64,000 nucleotides of DNA, from assembly GCF_009914755.1 (NCBI RefSeq), contig NC_060926.1. One strand, written 5' to 3'. Under the pieces are notes generated by a model, which searched no databases, was not told where the DNA came from, and saw only the letters and a list, made by a program, of their open reading frames with translations. Of the stretch, positions 13,887 to 28,400 are shown piece by piece. Every line of letters starts with the position of its first letter. The first letter of the stretch is position 1. The translations under genes and the position numbers were made by a program. This stretch comes from the human T2T-CHM13v2.0 reference genome, Homo sapiens.

Positions 13887-15029
13887 AGTTATATCATTTT
13901 AGAGTTACCAAATCAAAATATGATGTTAAGGTTTTTAATTAAAATCTCTCAGTTAAAACTTAAAATATATTTCCCTGCCAGTCTAAATGTTGTCCTCCAC
14001 AATATCCAGTAATAATATAGCCTCTTTTCCTACTGGCAAACACAGGTGTTAAGTAAAAATGGTAACATAAAGACAGAAAATCCAAATGGACTGCATTTAT
14101 ATCACTTCAACTGCAAATAGCATCTCAATGCAGTTTTGAAGTGATATCTAGATACTTTTTGTTACCAAATTCAGGTGTCAGGAATAATAAAGGAATCGTT
14201 TACTTGATGCATATAATACTTTAAAGAAATCAGTGCAAGCCCCCAAAGGAAAAAACCAACAGCATACTCAGGAGCATATCATCTTGAAGTTGATGTAACA
14301 ATGCTGACAAGTACAAAAGATAACTACTTTGTTCTGTCATGCTGTGTCATGTTGTAGAAAACACAAAGCATTACGTGACCTTTAGAGGAACAGTCAAAAG
14401 TAGCTTACTTTGTGGTATTTACCACGGGTGTTTTTGAATTTTTGAAGGTCCTGTCTTTTGCCAGTTACAGCCAGAGTTATGTCTTAAGGGATCTCAAACA
14501 AAAAGAGAAAAAAAAAATGCTGATGCATTAAACAAGTGTAAGAGTAAGGTGAAATACTAGGAGGAAAATTCACTCCTAGTAGAAAACAAAACTATTTGTT
14601 AAGTATCTATATGTTTGTAGACACCTTGAAAATGTCCATCTATTTAACATCCAGTTCCAAAATTAGCTTAAATGGATGTATATGGGCCATAGTTGGCCTG
14701 AGACCATAGAGAGACGAGTATTGACTAATTTTATGCTCTTACATACTGATTAGAGACTACTACTGCAATTTTCCTGAATTCTAGTTGTATTAAACTTTAG
14801 TATAATGCAGAGTCCTCAGATATCAGAAGGTGGTATACATAAGCCATAGATTGCTATTAAATCTTATTTTTAGACATCATCTCTACTCCTCAAAACCATA
14901 GCTGCATTTTTATTTATTTATTAAATTGTATTTATTTTCTTCTACATTAAGTCCTTAACTCAAAGGAATAACTAGTATAGCAAGATTTCAGCCCCCTAAA
15001 TTAGTATTCCTTAAAGGAAGTTTATAGAT

Positions 15030-15270
15030 AATCACACTGGAATTACTTAAATATATATGTCTTAATCTCTAGAGTAACCATTAAAAAATAATACAAAAAG
15101 AGATCCTGAAAAAGCCTATAGAGAAATAGAAAAAAAAATTTTCGTTAATCTCAAAGAAGGAAGAAAAGCATGAACAAAGGAATAAATGACCAATGGAACA
15201 AATAGAAAATAATTAACAATGTCAACGTATATTAAATGTAAATGAACCAAACTCCCAAATAAAATTGAAG
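15030..15270 (+). mobile_element. Degraded old L1 (L1M) fragment
   Basis: A-rich: taatctctagagtaacca...aaagaaggaagaaaag...acaaatagaaaa...attaaatgtaaatgaacc. Confidence 0.55.
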
Positions 15271-15616
15271 ATACATAGTCTGAACCATAACGTATAGAAT
15301 GGAATCTGTTTCTGCAGCTGAGCCCAGCGATTTAAAATTTTAACAAATATATTAGTTTTTTATGTACAATAAAGTTTGATTATGATTTGATTATTATCTG
15401 AGCTATTTCTGAGTTGTGTTTGCATATGATTTAGAGTTACCAAATCACCTTCTCTCCAAGCTATTTGAATAGGGAATAAAATATGGATAGTATCAATGAA
15501 GTTGGTACATGTGTGCCAGGAAAGTAATACTGTAATATTTTAATTAAAAAAACTGAAAAATATGTATGTAAAGTTATGGTTGTAGATTTTTGTAATTATA
15601 ACTAAAATACTAGTAA

Positions 15617-16037
<421 letters not shown>

Positions 16038-16137
16038 TGAAGAGAGTGAGTATTAAACATCAAGTGAGGACACAATGAGGTCATATGTGTAAAAACTCTT
16101 TGTAAGCAGGAAAATGTTATAAAATTGGAAAGTATCA

Positions 16138-16533
16138 TTGGGAAACACAGTCTTCCAAAGGGTCTCCTGTGCATCTACACATCTTGCTGGCTATGCCAAA
16201 AAGGCGATGCCTCTTTATCTGAGCTATTTCTGAGCTGTGTTTGCAGTGAGAAACCTTGACGGATGATATAATGTCTCCTACAGGGACAAACAGCAGGCTT
16301 GTTTGATTGCTGTAAAAGTAGGGGATACCCCAAAGTCAGTGTTGCCTATAATACAATTAGGCAAGAAAAATTCATACAAGCATGCCAATGCTTATCTTGC
16401 TTGCTGCAACATGAGTAATAAAAGTCCTTTGTTTCTGACTCAGTACTCTCATATCTTCTGACACCATCTACGACACAGTACAAGGCTACTTAGTAGGAGG
16501 TATATAGGGTAAAATAAAATCCCAGATCAAACA
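16138..16533 (+). mobile_element. ERVL solo LTR, LTR41-like
   Basis: gtgtttgcagtgagaaaccttgacggatgatataatgtctcc...gggacaaacagcaggcttg and gtaataaaagtcctttgtttctgactcag resemble the LTR41/LTR40 consensus (recall). Confidence 0.65.
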
Positions 16534-16535
16534 TT

Positions 16536-18947
16536 TAGGCATATCTCATTTTATTGTGCTTCACTTTATTGTGCCTTGCAGATACTGATTTTTACAGATT
16601 TAGAGCTTGTGGCAACCCCGCATAGAACAAGTTTGTCAGCACCATTTTTCCAACAACATATGTTAATTCTGCATCTCTGGACACATAGAATTTTGTGAAT
16701 TTTGGAAATTCTCACAATATTTCAAACTTTATTATTATATCTATTATGGTGATCTGTAATCAGTGATCTTTGATGTTACTATTGTAATTGTTTTGAGGAG
16801 CCACAAATCATACCCAAACTTAATTAATAAATAGGTGTGTGTTCTGACTGCTTCACTAGGCCATTTCCCCATCTCTCTCCCTCTCCTTGGGTTTCCCAAT
16901 TCCCTGAGATGAAATAATTATAAATTAGGCCAATTAATAACCATACAATGGTCTTTAAGTGTTCAAGTAAAAAGAATTGCATGTCTCTCACTTGAAATCA
17001 AAAGCTAGAAATGATTAAGTTTAGCAAGGAAGGCATATCAAGAGAGCCAAGGCAGGCAAAAGCTAGGCCTTGTGTGTCAAACAGCCAAATTGTGAATGCA
17101 AAGGAAAAGTTATTGAAGAAAATTAAAAGTGCTGCTCCAGTGAACACACAAATGATAACAAAAAAAAAAAAAAGTCAAACAGCCTTATTGCTCATATGGA
17201 GAAAAGTTTTAATAGTCTGGATAGAAGATCAAACCAGCCACAACTTTCCCTGAAGCTAAAGCCTAACCCAGAGAAAGGCCCCAAGCCTCCTCAATTCCAC
17301 GAAGGCTGAGAGAGGTGAGGCAGCTGTAAAAGAAAAGTTGGAAGCTAGCCGAGATTGGTTCATGAGGTTTAAGGATAGAAGCTGGTTCATGAGGTTTAAG
17401 GATAGAAGCTGTCTCCATAACAAAAAGCAAGGTGAACTAACAAGTGCTGATGTAGAATCTGCAGCAAGTTATCTGGAAGATCTAGTTAATATTATTAATG
17501 AAGGTAGATACACTAAACAACAGATTTTCCATGGAGATAAGACAGCCTTCTATTAAAAGAAATGCCATCTAGCACTTTCATAGAAAGAAGTCAATGCCTG
17601 GCTTCAAAGTTTCAAAGGACAGGCTGACTGTTTTTCAGGGACTAATGCAGACAGGACTTGAAGTTGAGGCCAATGCTCATTTACCATTCCAAAATCCTAA
17701 AGCCCTTAATAATTATCCTAAATCTACTCTGCCTGTGCTCTATATGGAACAACTAGCCTAGTTGACAACACATCTGTTGACAGCATTGTTATGACAGCAT
17801 GAATATTTTAAACCTACTATTGGAGACCTATTGCTCAGAAAAAAAAAAAAAGATTCCTTTCAAAATATTACTGCTCATTGACAATGAACCTACTAACCAA
17901 AGAGTTCTCGTGGAGATCTACAAGGAGAATAATGCTGTTTTCATGCCTGGTAATACAACATCTATTCTGCCGCTCATTACTTTGAATCAAGAAGTAACTT
18001 TAACTTTCAATTCTTATTATTTATGAAATATACTTCATAAGGCTGTACCTGCCAGAGACAGGATTCCTCTGATGGAACTGAGCAAAGTAAAATTAAAACT
18101 TTCTAGAAAGAATTCACCATTCTAGATACCATTAAAAATATTAATGATTCATTGGCGAAGGTTAAAATATCAACATTTATAGGAGTTCGGAAGAAGTTGA
18201 TTTCAACCCCCATGGATGACTTGGAGGAATTCAAAACTACAGTGGAGGAAACAGCTACAGATGAGGTAGAAAGAGAACTAGATATAGAGCCTAAATATGT
18301 GACTGAATTGCTGCAATCTCATGATCAAATGAACAGATGAGGAATTGCTTCTTATGGATGAACAAAGAAAGTTGTTTTTTGACATGGAAACCATTCCTGG
18401 TGAATATACTATAAACATGGTTGAAATGACAACGAAAGATTTACAATACTATATAAACTCAGTTGAAAAAGCAGCAGCAGGGTTTGAAATAATTGATTCC
18501 AACTTTGAAAAGAGTTATATTGTGCGTAAAATGCTACAAAACAGCATCACATGCTGGAGAGACATTTTTCATGAAAGGAAGAGTCAACAAATGAGGCAAA
18601 TTTCATTGTCTTATATTAAGAAATTGCCACAGCCACCACAACCCTTCAGCAACCACCACCCTGATTGGTCAGCAACCATCAACAGCCAAGCAAGACCCTC
18701 CCCCAGCAAAATGATTACAACCCATTGAAGGCTCAGATGATTGTTAGCATTTTTTAGCAATAACTGTTTTTAAATTAAGGTATTCATATTGTATTTTTGG
18801 ACATAATTGTACACTTTACAGATAACAGTATAGTAGAAACATAACTTTTATATGTGTGGGGAAAAAATTGTTGACTTGCTTTATTGTGATACTCAGCTTA
18901 TTGTGGTGGTCTGAAACTGAATCTGCAATATCTCTTAGGTATGCCTT
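16536..18947 (+). mobile_element. Tigger1 DNA transposon (TcMar-Tigger), essentially full length (~2.41 kb), transposase disrupted
   Basis: Terminal inverted repeats (t)AGGCATATCTC ... TAGGTATGCCT. ORF fragments at 17011, 17338, 17799, 18152 and 18345 translate to Tigger/CENP-B-like transposase ([31 protein letters not shown]) broken by stops and frameshifts. Confidence 0.95.
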
Positions 18948-20832
18948 CATATTATTATATAGAAATAAAGTTGGATCAATTTTAAACTGATCAAACTGAC
19001 CAGGCCATACACAAAAACAAACTAATAAATATAAATTACTTATGGGTTTATGCATTGTGTTATAATTTAGAGGTCACATTTTATGAATCAATTATCTTGA
19101 GATAATTTTTAAACTTCTGATTTTTCAGACACATGTCTAAAAAAGAAGCTAAACTCACATTTAAAGGCATAAGTTTCTCTATATACTTATGAAAAACTTA
19201 TATAAGAATCAACAGTTGAAATACAATTAGAGAGAGAACACAAGCCTACCTTAAATTTAATTTTTCAAATGGTGTACAGAATCCAGGGGCATCTAAATAT
19301 ATATCTTCAGAATATAAATAGCAGTAGTGGGTAATTATCCTAATTTCAGCATTCTGGAACATTTTCTTTAGTAGTCTTTCTAAAAGACTCTTAATAATCA
19401 CAATAGCAGTTATGTAATCTTCCTCCTAGCATTTCTCTTAAGCTTTAAAAATGAGTATATTTTTGACATTTTTCCACTATTGCTTTTATTGCATCTCCAA
19501 ATTTCTTTGTCATTGTCATCTGCCAATTTCAATAATTGATTACTTCTATACTTTCATGTCTGCCAAAAACCTCTGAAAAACTGTAAGGCTTTGAATTAAT
19601 GTGGTAATTATTTATTTTCTAATGTCCTTAAGACTTATACCATTTCTTCTTACACCTTTCCGTACATGCTGAAATTTTAGTTCCTTCTTCTTAAAGTTTC
19701 TCTTTCCAGAATATTCCCATAACTTAGAAGCTGAGAATAGCCTAAATAAAACTTTGCTTCCAGTATTTTGCCAATCCATTTGGAATTGTTGATGTGTAAG
19801 TAATTAAAAACCCTACTATTCATGGATAAGGCCAAAGCAAATAATTGTAAACTTTTTAAAAATCTCAGAGTGAAAATATGTGAGAGTAAATGAGATTCGG
19901 AAGTTTTTAAATGATATGTTGTACAATCATTTTCCCATTATGACTCTTGTGTCCATTTGGTATGTGTTTTTCATAAGATTGCTTTCGTACATAAGTGATA
20001 CTAAGGTCTTAATTAATAGTAAGGCGGTCAAATTCTGTTGGTGTTATTATTGGGCAAATTTCAAATACCCTCCTCAGCCTGTAATCACGATAGGTTAACA
20101 ATCTTAACATATTTATTTAATTTTGTATAAAAATTATTACATGTTCTGTGATCCTACATCATGCATTGTTACTATTAAGAATTACCTGTAAATAATTTAA
20201 TTTAAATAAGTTTATGTTCCATATTCCTAATATAGAATATGAAAATGGGAATAACTATACCTAGGCTTTGGAGTCACACAAATTTCAATTCTGCCTCCTG
20301 TTCAGATTCAAATGAAATCTTGTTTATGAAGCATCTATCACAGAGCCCCTGCTTCAGAAACTGTAGGAAAAGCCACCATTGTTACCATTGATATTGTTCA
20401 CTGATTAAATTATTAGATGTATAAAAAGCTGTTGAACTTACAGTCAGTTAGTTTCTATGTATTAAGTTATGATATGAGTTTCATTTTCATTAGTGCTTAT
20501 CTAATCCTTATGAAATATTTTATTAAATTTGTAGTCTTCAGACTACTTTCAATGCTTAATTAACAGTTAACCATGAAATATCCCAAAATTTTGTTGTAAA
20601 ATGTCAGCACGTAGCATGTATTTATCAATTAGAAACATTTTAAACCCAAAAAGATATACCACAGCTATTTCAGTTCGCCTTGCAGTCAAATGTATACACT
20701 AACATAAATAGTTACATACAGAACGTTTAACTACTAGACATGACACAGAAAGGTAAGATGTGTGTGTATATATATACATATAAATATATATATATATAAA
20801 AGCCTAAAAACACCTTCCATCCTAACCACACA

Positions 20833-20833
<1 letters not shown>

Positions 20834-20863
<30 letters not shown>
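20834..20863. repeat. (TA)15 microsatellite; a further TA-rich tract at 20767-20798
   Basis: Read directly. Confidence 0.95.
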
Positions 20864-20864
<1 letters not shown>

Positions 20865-22379
20865 CTACTCCCATCCAATGTATTCATACAACAACTTGAG
20901 TGATTTCCAATACTATTGCACAATATAAATAAAACAAGTGTACAGAAGGCTACATGTTTATATAAACTATAGAAGTAATAACCTGGTTTGACAAGGTGCA
21001 GAAGAAAGGGGAAAATGTCTACAGGTAGGTAAAGCATTTTAAAACACTTGGAGACTAAGACCTTACTGACCTTGTCACCTCACATCCCACTTTTCTGTTT
21101 TAAATAGGATTTGGCTAAAGGGTTTTCCATAATCCAATGATATGATTTTACTGGGCATTTAAAAAGTTATAGGAAAAACAATTAAACTTTAAATAAAACA
21201 TCATGTCATGGTAGGATCAAAATGAATTATCACGCTATGAAAATCCTTAACTAATAGGAGATCACATAATTGTGAGTAGATAGAATAACAGGGCACTTCA
21301 AAATTTGTACATTATACTTATCTGATTGAAAAGCCTAACATCCTATCAATTTTCAACATATAAGTGGGACATCTGTTAACATGACATAATATTTCATTCA
21401 TATTCCACCAATAAAATGTCTATCTGGAAAAATAATCTATGAAACAAAGTAATAGCCATTTTGTAGTTCAAGTGCCCGTTAATAAATAGAAAACTAAAGA
21501 AAGATTATTTTCCAAGTACATGTGGGATCCCCAGGAATGTCCAACGACATTATTTTCATGACTATTTGATTTATAGCCAGTAAAATTATAATAACAAAAT
21601 ACTAATAAGAATATATGACCCCAAAAATGGAATGCAATGATATATGTAAATGACTAGGCCAATTTCTTATACATGGCATGTACTCAAAAAAACGGATATT
21701 TTAGACAAGGAAGGAAAAAGTTAATATTCTTTCTCTAAATTATTTTACCTGCAAATACACTGAAAAGATTGACATAATATAGATGTATAGAAGAATTAAA
21801 GATGCCACTGTAACTTTTTTGTCTTGTCTTACCTCATTTTAGACCTTCGGCAAACAGAGTATCTTTTCATTGAAAGCTGATGAGCATTCCCTATTAGGCT
21901 TCCAAAGGAAACATTTTGTGGGCACAAAACACCTTCCATCCTAACCACACAGTTTTTATGAGAATCAAATAGCTTCACCTAAAATTCAAGTGCAGTGTTC
22001 AGTGGATAATCAACACTTAAAAATGGGCACATCCAAAGAAAGAGTCGCTTAGTTTATTATTTCTCTTGAAACTATTACAAAATTTAGGACAATTTTAAAG
22101 CACAATGAAATTATATTATTGTACAACAGCTTGGTAATTTATAACTGTGTTCCTTATAATCTTAGGTAACCTACCAGTCTTCACTCTTTATTTTCACGTC
22201 TCTTTCAGACCAAGATTCTGTGAAACGAATAGATACTTATTTTTTTTCAAACGTATTTATTTCTTTCTAATGACCAAGAAGGGGGAGTCAACTTAAAGGA
22301 AGAGGAATATATTTGAATGAATCTGCTACTTAGGTAACTGAACAAGTAAGCCAAGGTATTGTAATTGAACATTTAGGGC

Positions 22380-22845
22380 TTGTATTAAGTAAAATAATTT
22401 GGCCATAAACGTGGCTTAAAAATTAGAGATTTAATGTCTTGCATGTAAAAATTCAGAAGCTCGACAATGTCATGAAGAATCCATTTTGCCTTTTTGGGGA
22501 TGGCATTCGTGTCACCATCCAGTACCAAAGGATGGGCTGCCAGTTCCAGGTGTCATATGCAGACATAATGATCTTTAGCTAAAATGGGTAGTGCTTCCCC
22601 TGTGTTTCTCTTTTCATTAGAGAGTTTCTCTGGAAGCCTGCCAGATTTCCCCTTTCATTGATCAGAATTCTATCCCATTTTCACTACTGAACTGGCATGA
22701 GAAATGAAATGACGATAATAGGCTTAGAACAATAATGATTCTCTCCCCAGGGATGGGGGACAATTGAATTAAAGTTTATTCTGCCAGCAAGGAAGAGGTA
22801 AAGGAAGTAATCATTGAAATACCCTCTAATAGTTTCTACACTACA
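22380..22845 (-). mobile_element. Old MLT1-type LTR remnant
   Basis: tgtattaag...gtggcttaaaa...; gatgggctgccagttccagg; ctgccagcaaggaagagg; diverged. Confidence 0.45.
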
Positions 22846-24161
22846 CCTTTGGAGTCAGGGGAAAGTTGACTTAAATCCTGACTTCATACCTTTAGAACTC
22901 TTTATATAAGTACTTAACCTCTCTTTATATTGGGAGAAAAATATACATATTGAGTATATATATATATACACACAAATATATATATATACACAAAAAAAAA
23001 ACAAATATGATACAGGTATTTTAAACAGGTCTGTGTTGTCAGGAATGTGTAATTTATGCAAAAATACCTAGCACAGAACCTGATACATGGCAGAACCCAA
23101 TAAATAGTATTTAAAACTGTTTGCATGGTTTTTGTTTGTTTGTTTGTTTCCATTTCTAGGCCCTCCTCATTTCTTGCCTTCTCACAACAAAGCCCAATAC
23201 CTTTCTGAGAAGTATGGCCTAAAGTGATTATTCAATCTCTGCAAAATTCTCAGTTTTAAAAAGTATTTTACTTGATATTTTCCTATTTCATTCTGCATAT
23301 ATCACCGACTATTAGGGTTGTCAAATACTAGTTTGATAGGGTATCATGCACCTTGATTATAACACACATAAATTTTCCTTATCAGATAATTCCATAAATC
23401 AAATCAGCATATAAAATACCATCAATTATTTTAAGAAAAAAATGAAAGAGGAAAAAGAAAAGCCCCTAGCAGAACATGAAAGTTCCCGTGGCCTGTTTCT
23501 ACATTTCACTCTCTTCCTTTGTGCCTGACATCTTTATGCTTTAATCACTCTAAATAAATTGTCCAAATTACATCTTGAGATTATTTCTTTCAAAACTATT
23601 GTTGCAGTTTCCCCTATCAGAAACATCCTCCGCACCACTTTTCCACTCTTCATCTAATTCTTATCATCTTCATAACTCATTTCAGAAACTGTCTTTCCCA
23701 GAAGAGTTTTCCAGACTTTAGTTATACTAAGTTATTCCAGAGTAACTTTTGCTTACCATTTACCATAAAATTTGGAAAGTATCTATTTTTGCATCTGTCT
23801 TCCTCACTAGATTGTTTAATAAACTCCTGATGCCTTTACTGGTATGGAAGTAGCCACGCAATAAGTATGTGCTGAATGAAATGAAATAAATTGATTTGTT
23901 TTATATATTCAGCACTCTAAAATGGAATACTAAAGACAAATCTCCTAAAATACTGAGATGATAAAAAATAGCATTAAAAAGTTACCGCCTTTATAGAAAA
24001 ATACAGTAACATTTCACAAGTATTTACAGCGAGTGAAATGTCATGCTAAATACCTTATACATATTTTTCAATTTAGCCATCAGAACAGCCCTGAGAAGTA
24101 AAAGTATCTTCCCCATTTTAAATATGAGAGTAAAACACAAAGAAGTTAATTAAGTTTTCAA

Positions 24162-24470
24162 GGCCTGGCGTGGTGGCTCACGCCTATAATCCCAGCACTT
24201 TGGGAGGCCGAGGCGGGTGGATCAAGAGGTCAGGAGATCGAGACCATCTTGGCTAACACGGTGAAGCCCGTCTCTACTAAAAATACAAAAAATTAGCCGG
24301 GCGTAGTGGCCAGCGCCTGTAGTCCCAGCTACTCCGGGAGGCTGAGGCAGGAGAATGGCATGAACCCAGGAGGCGGAGCTTGCAGTGCGCCAAGATCCCG
24401 CCACTGCACTCCAGCCTGGGCGACACGGCGAGACTCCGTCTCAAAAAATAAATAAATAAATAAATAAAAA
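24162..24470 (+). mobile_element. AluY, inserted in a MIR remnant (~24040-24570)
   Basis: Diagnostic gagatcgagaccatc..ggctaacacggtga and gagaatggcatgaacc...gagcttgcagtg; many intact CpGs; (TAAA)n tail; TTAAGTTTTCAA duplicated on both sides. Confidence 0.95.
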
Positions 24471-25155
24471 GAACAATTTAAGTTTTCAAAGACCATACAA
24501 CTAGCAAGTCCCAAATCTGAAACTTGAACTCAGGTTTGTCGACTCTAAAGTGTATGTTTTAGTTACTACACTCCAAAATACAGACCACTTTCCACATGCT
24601 ACTTTATTTTTTACCCATTCCTAATAAGAAGTGGTCTTAAATAGCTCCAAGTCATCTAAATTTCATAACAAAACAAAACAAAAAAACACTTCTATAGACA
24701 GGAGAAGACATGATAGCATTTTGTTCCAATTCACTTTTTTCTCACTTTATTTAAAATCTTGTTTGCTCACTATCAACAGTAACTGTGTCAATGCATTGCA
24801 CTGAAATTGTGTAAAAAAAAAAAAAGCTTTGCTGCACTGTGATAAAACTTCCCAAAAAACCATTGACAACATATTTCCTTAAACAAAATGCCCAACTTTT
24901 TCACATGGTAAAAGTATTTTTCACATACTTAAAAGTAGAATGTCAATGATTACATTTGTTACAAATAAAGTTAACAAGGTACTTAAAAGTAATGATATAA
25001 ATGCCTATAAAAGTTACACTTTATTGTTTAAATATTATCCTGTATTTACATAATTTTTCAGCATTATTCAAATACATTAGTTGTCATGTATACCCATGAA
25101 ATATTATATACATACATCAACTCTAGTAATGTGTGTTAAAATAAATTCATTGCTA

Positions 25156-25450
<295 letters not shown>

Positions 25451-28400
25451 AATTCATTGCTACACTGAGAAGTAAACTGATGCAAAAGGAAAAACAACAG
25501 AACAGGGAGAAAGCAACAACATGGAGTCGGTCACAAATACATATTATTGCAAACATTTCATTAATTTTGAAAGATTAACAGCTTCTTGTATGAGGGAAAA
25601 ATGTGAAAATATTTTTAAAAGGAGCATATATTTAATTTCTAAATATAGTAGTAAACATTCACTGATTTATATAATAGGAAATATAAAATGATAAAATAGA
25701 AATGACTGCAACTTCATAAATGTCAAAATCTGAGTATAAAGGAAAGGAAAGCTGAAACACTTTTGGTTATGTGTGCATATGGCTCAGTGCTTTGACTACA
25801 CAGAACACAGAGATTACTTGTAATGGTGAAAGTATTAATTTATGAAAAACATTTTCAATATCAGTTCGTCACTATTCAGTTAAATAAATTATCATATTTA
25901 GCAATTCGTACATGAGAGCAGGTTGGATTTTTAAAAATACTTAATCCTCACATAACTGGTTTGTAGTCCACAGATTAATTGAACATTCAAGTTTACAAAT
26001 TTGAGGAAAAAGGAAAGAAAATCTTTTTATTTCCTTTTCAGTGTTAAATTTAAAAAAGATATAATAAACTTAGGAAATATAAATGTTTTAATAGAATCTC
26101 AGAATTCATGCTATCATATAAAACAATACTATAAAACAGATATTTTAAAATCAATTAAATTAAAGATAACCCTCAGTATATATAATTCTTAAGACTACTA
26201 TATCCAGGAAATAACATTTATATTTCACATATCTCTATATGAAGATAAAAAATAAAGAAAAGGTTCACTAGTATATTGATATTCAAATTATTCATTGATA
26301 TTTGTATTCACCTAAGAAAACTTAAATTTTAAAAAAACAAAAAAAATTTTGAAATCAATTGTTAAATGGGTAGCAGCAAAGTAAATTTACGCAAACTTTC
26401 TTCAGGGTAATGAACCATTAAATACCAAAAGCTTAAATTCTTAATTTTTGACCTTGCAAATATTTATTCTGAGGAAATCATAATTACCTGTAAAGATGTA
26501 ACTCAAAAGAGTTATCTCCAGCTTCTTAAACATAAAAGAGTAATTAAAAATGAAAAATAAAACAATAAAAGCATAAAGGACAACATTAAAGGAAGTGAAT
26601 AAGTAAACTGATTTCATATAATAATTCTAAAAATTGTATCACTAAATGTGTTGGTCCAAATAAGAATTTCAGAAATTAAAATTTGGGGTATAAAATAAGT
26701 ACAAAACCTGGTTATTAAACATAATAGAAAGCATATCATTTTGTAAGTAGTACTATAGACACACACACAGACACATACACTCATGTGCACATCAAGAAAG
26801 TATTTACAAACATGTGCAAAATGTTATTAGTACAAAGTACTAATAGTAGTGATTATTTCTAAGTGATAAGATTACAAATAATATTTTCTTCATTTTTGCT
26901 ATATGTATTTCTCAATATTTCTGAAATATATTATTTTAATAATAACATAAAAGTTACCTATTAAATGTACAAAATAAATCCAGTATAAGAACTCTAAAGT
27001 GATCTATTATTTCTCCTCCATTTGTATGGAGTAATTCTTTGGGCAGTAGAAAAATGTCAGACAACATGAGTTCCAGTCTCTGCCACTGACTGGCAACCTA
27101 TTCTTAGGCAAATAACATCTCTAAATCTTACACTTATTTTCTGTAAAATAACTGGAAAAGATGATCATATAAGAGCTCTTCCAGCAAACAGTCCCATGTC
27201 TCATATATATTAGAAACAGAGCTAACGTTAAAATGTATTTAACACAGTGAGAAAATAATCTGCAACCTCATTAGAGTGTGTTGAATTTATATGTGTTTAT
27301 GTTTAAAATCACCCAGATGTTGTGGATATTTAAAGAGTTGCTGCTGATGTTGTTTTGTGAATAGTGAATGTATTAAACTCTATACTCTTGACGTCCCATA
27401 TAGATTCAAATCATTGAATTAAGGAGCTAGGGCCAAATATTCTTGGTCTTTGTCTTTGTACATCAGGCTGTCTGATTTCACTGCTATGCAAGGCCTGTGA
27501 GGTATTGAAGAAATGAATGTCTAGGCAGAATGTGTTGAATGTCTATGCAGAATGAACTGAATTCCATTGAACTATGTTTGCACGACTTCCACAAATTTCA
27601 AAGTGAGATAACTCTTAGTAAAGGCTTTAATTTCAGGCCCACAATCACTGCAAAAGTTTTCTATATTCTCTCCACAACATCTGTTCAAAGTCTTAGAATA
27701 AAATAAGAGTTTGTGAATTACAGATGAAATTCGAAATTAACAAACATTTTGAAATTTTCATTGAGAAAGAATTTAAAGGCCTTAACTTTGGTTTGCTCAA
27801 CAGCATATTTCTTATTCTTCCTTTCTTTATACAACATTTCCATGTTTACAATTCATGGCCTGTGTCAGAAAGAGTAGACAGCAATGTGAAGTAGATGATA
27901 TTGTCTTATCCTGAATTACAGAAGTTTAAACATACATTGCATTCTTGCCCAGAAATGGTATTTGTAATGACTGCATCTTTATATTCAATCAGTAAAACCT
28001 TTTCAGTACAATATTTGGGCAACTGATGAAACATTAATAGAAAATTATATAGAATTAAGGGACATGGCAAAAGACTGTTTACTATATTCCCACCACACCA
28101 TTATTATCAATGATTATCCCAATACTTAGAGTACAAGGGTTATTTGCAATGTGTTGAGTGGTAAGTTCAATGTAGTAAAAATAGTCAGTTGAAACTCCCC
28201 CTTGTTAGCATGAGAGTGACTGCATTCCAAGGTTGCTCTTTTCTTTCATTCTCTTCTTTCTTCTTCTCCTTCCAGCCATGGAAATAGAGTTCAGTTATTT
28301 CTGCATGGATGCAAGGTGAATGAGGCTGTCGCTTCTCCTTGCAGTGCTATTGATTACAGGTCACTGACATAATACAGCTATTTTTTAATGAAAAAAGTTA

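Noticed and set aside
17011-18728. Transposase-like ORFs as a functional TIGD-type gene
   Set aside because: Split across frames by multiple stops and frameshifts; decayed Tigger1.
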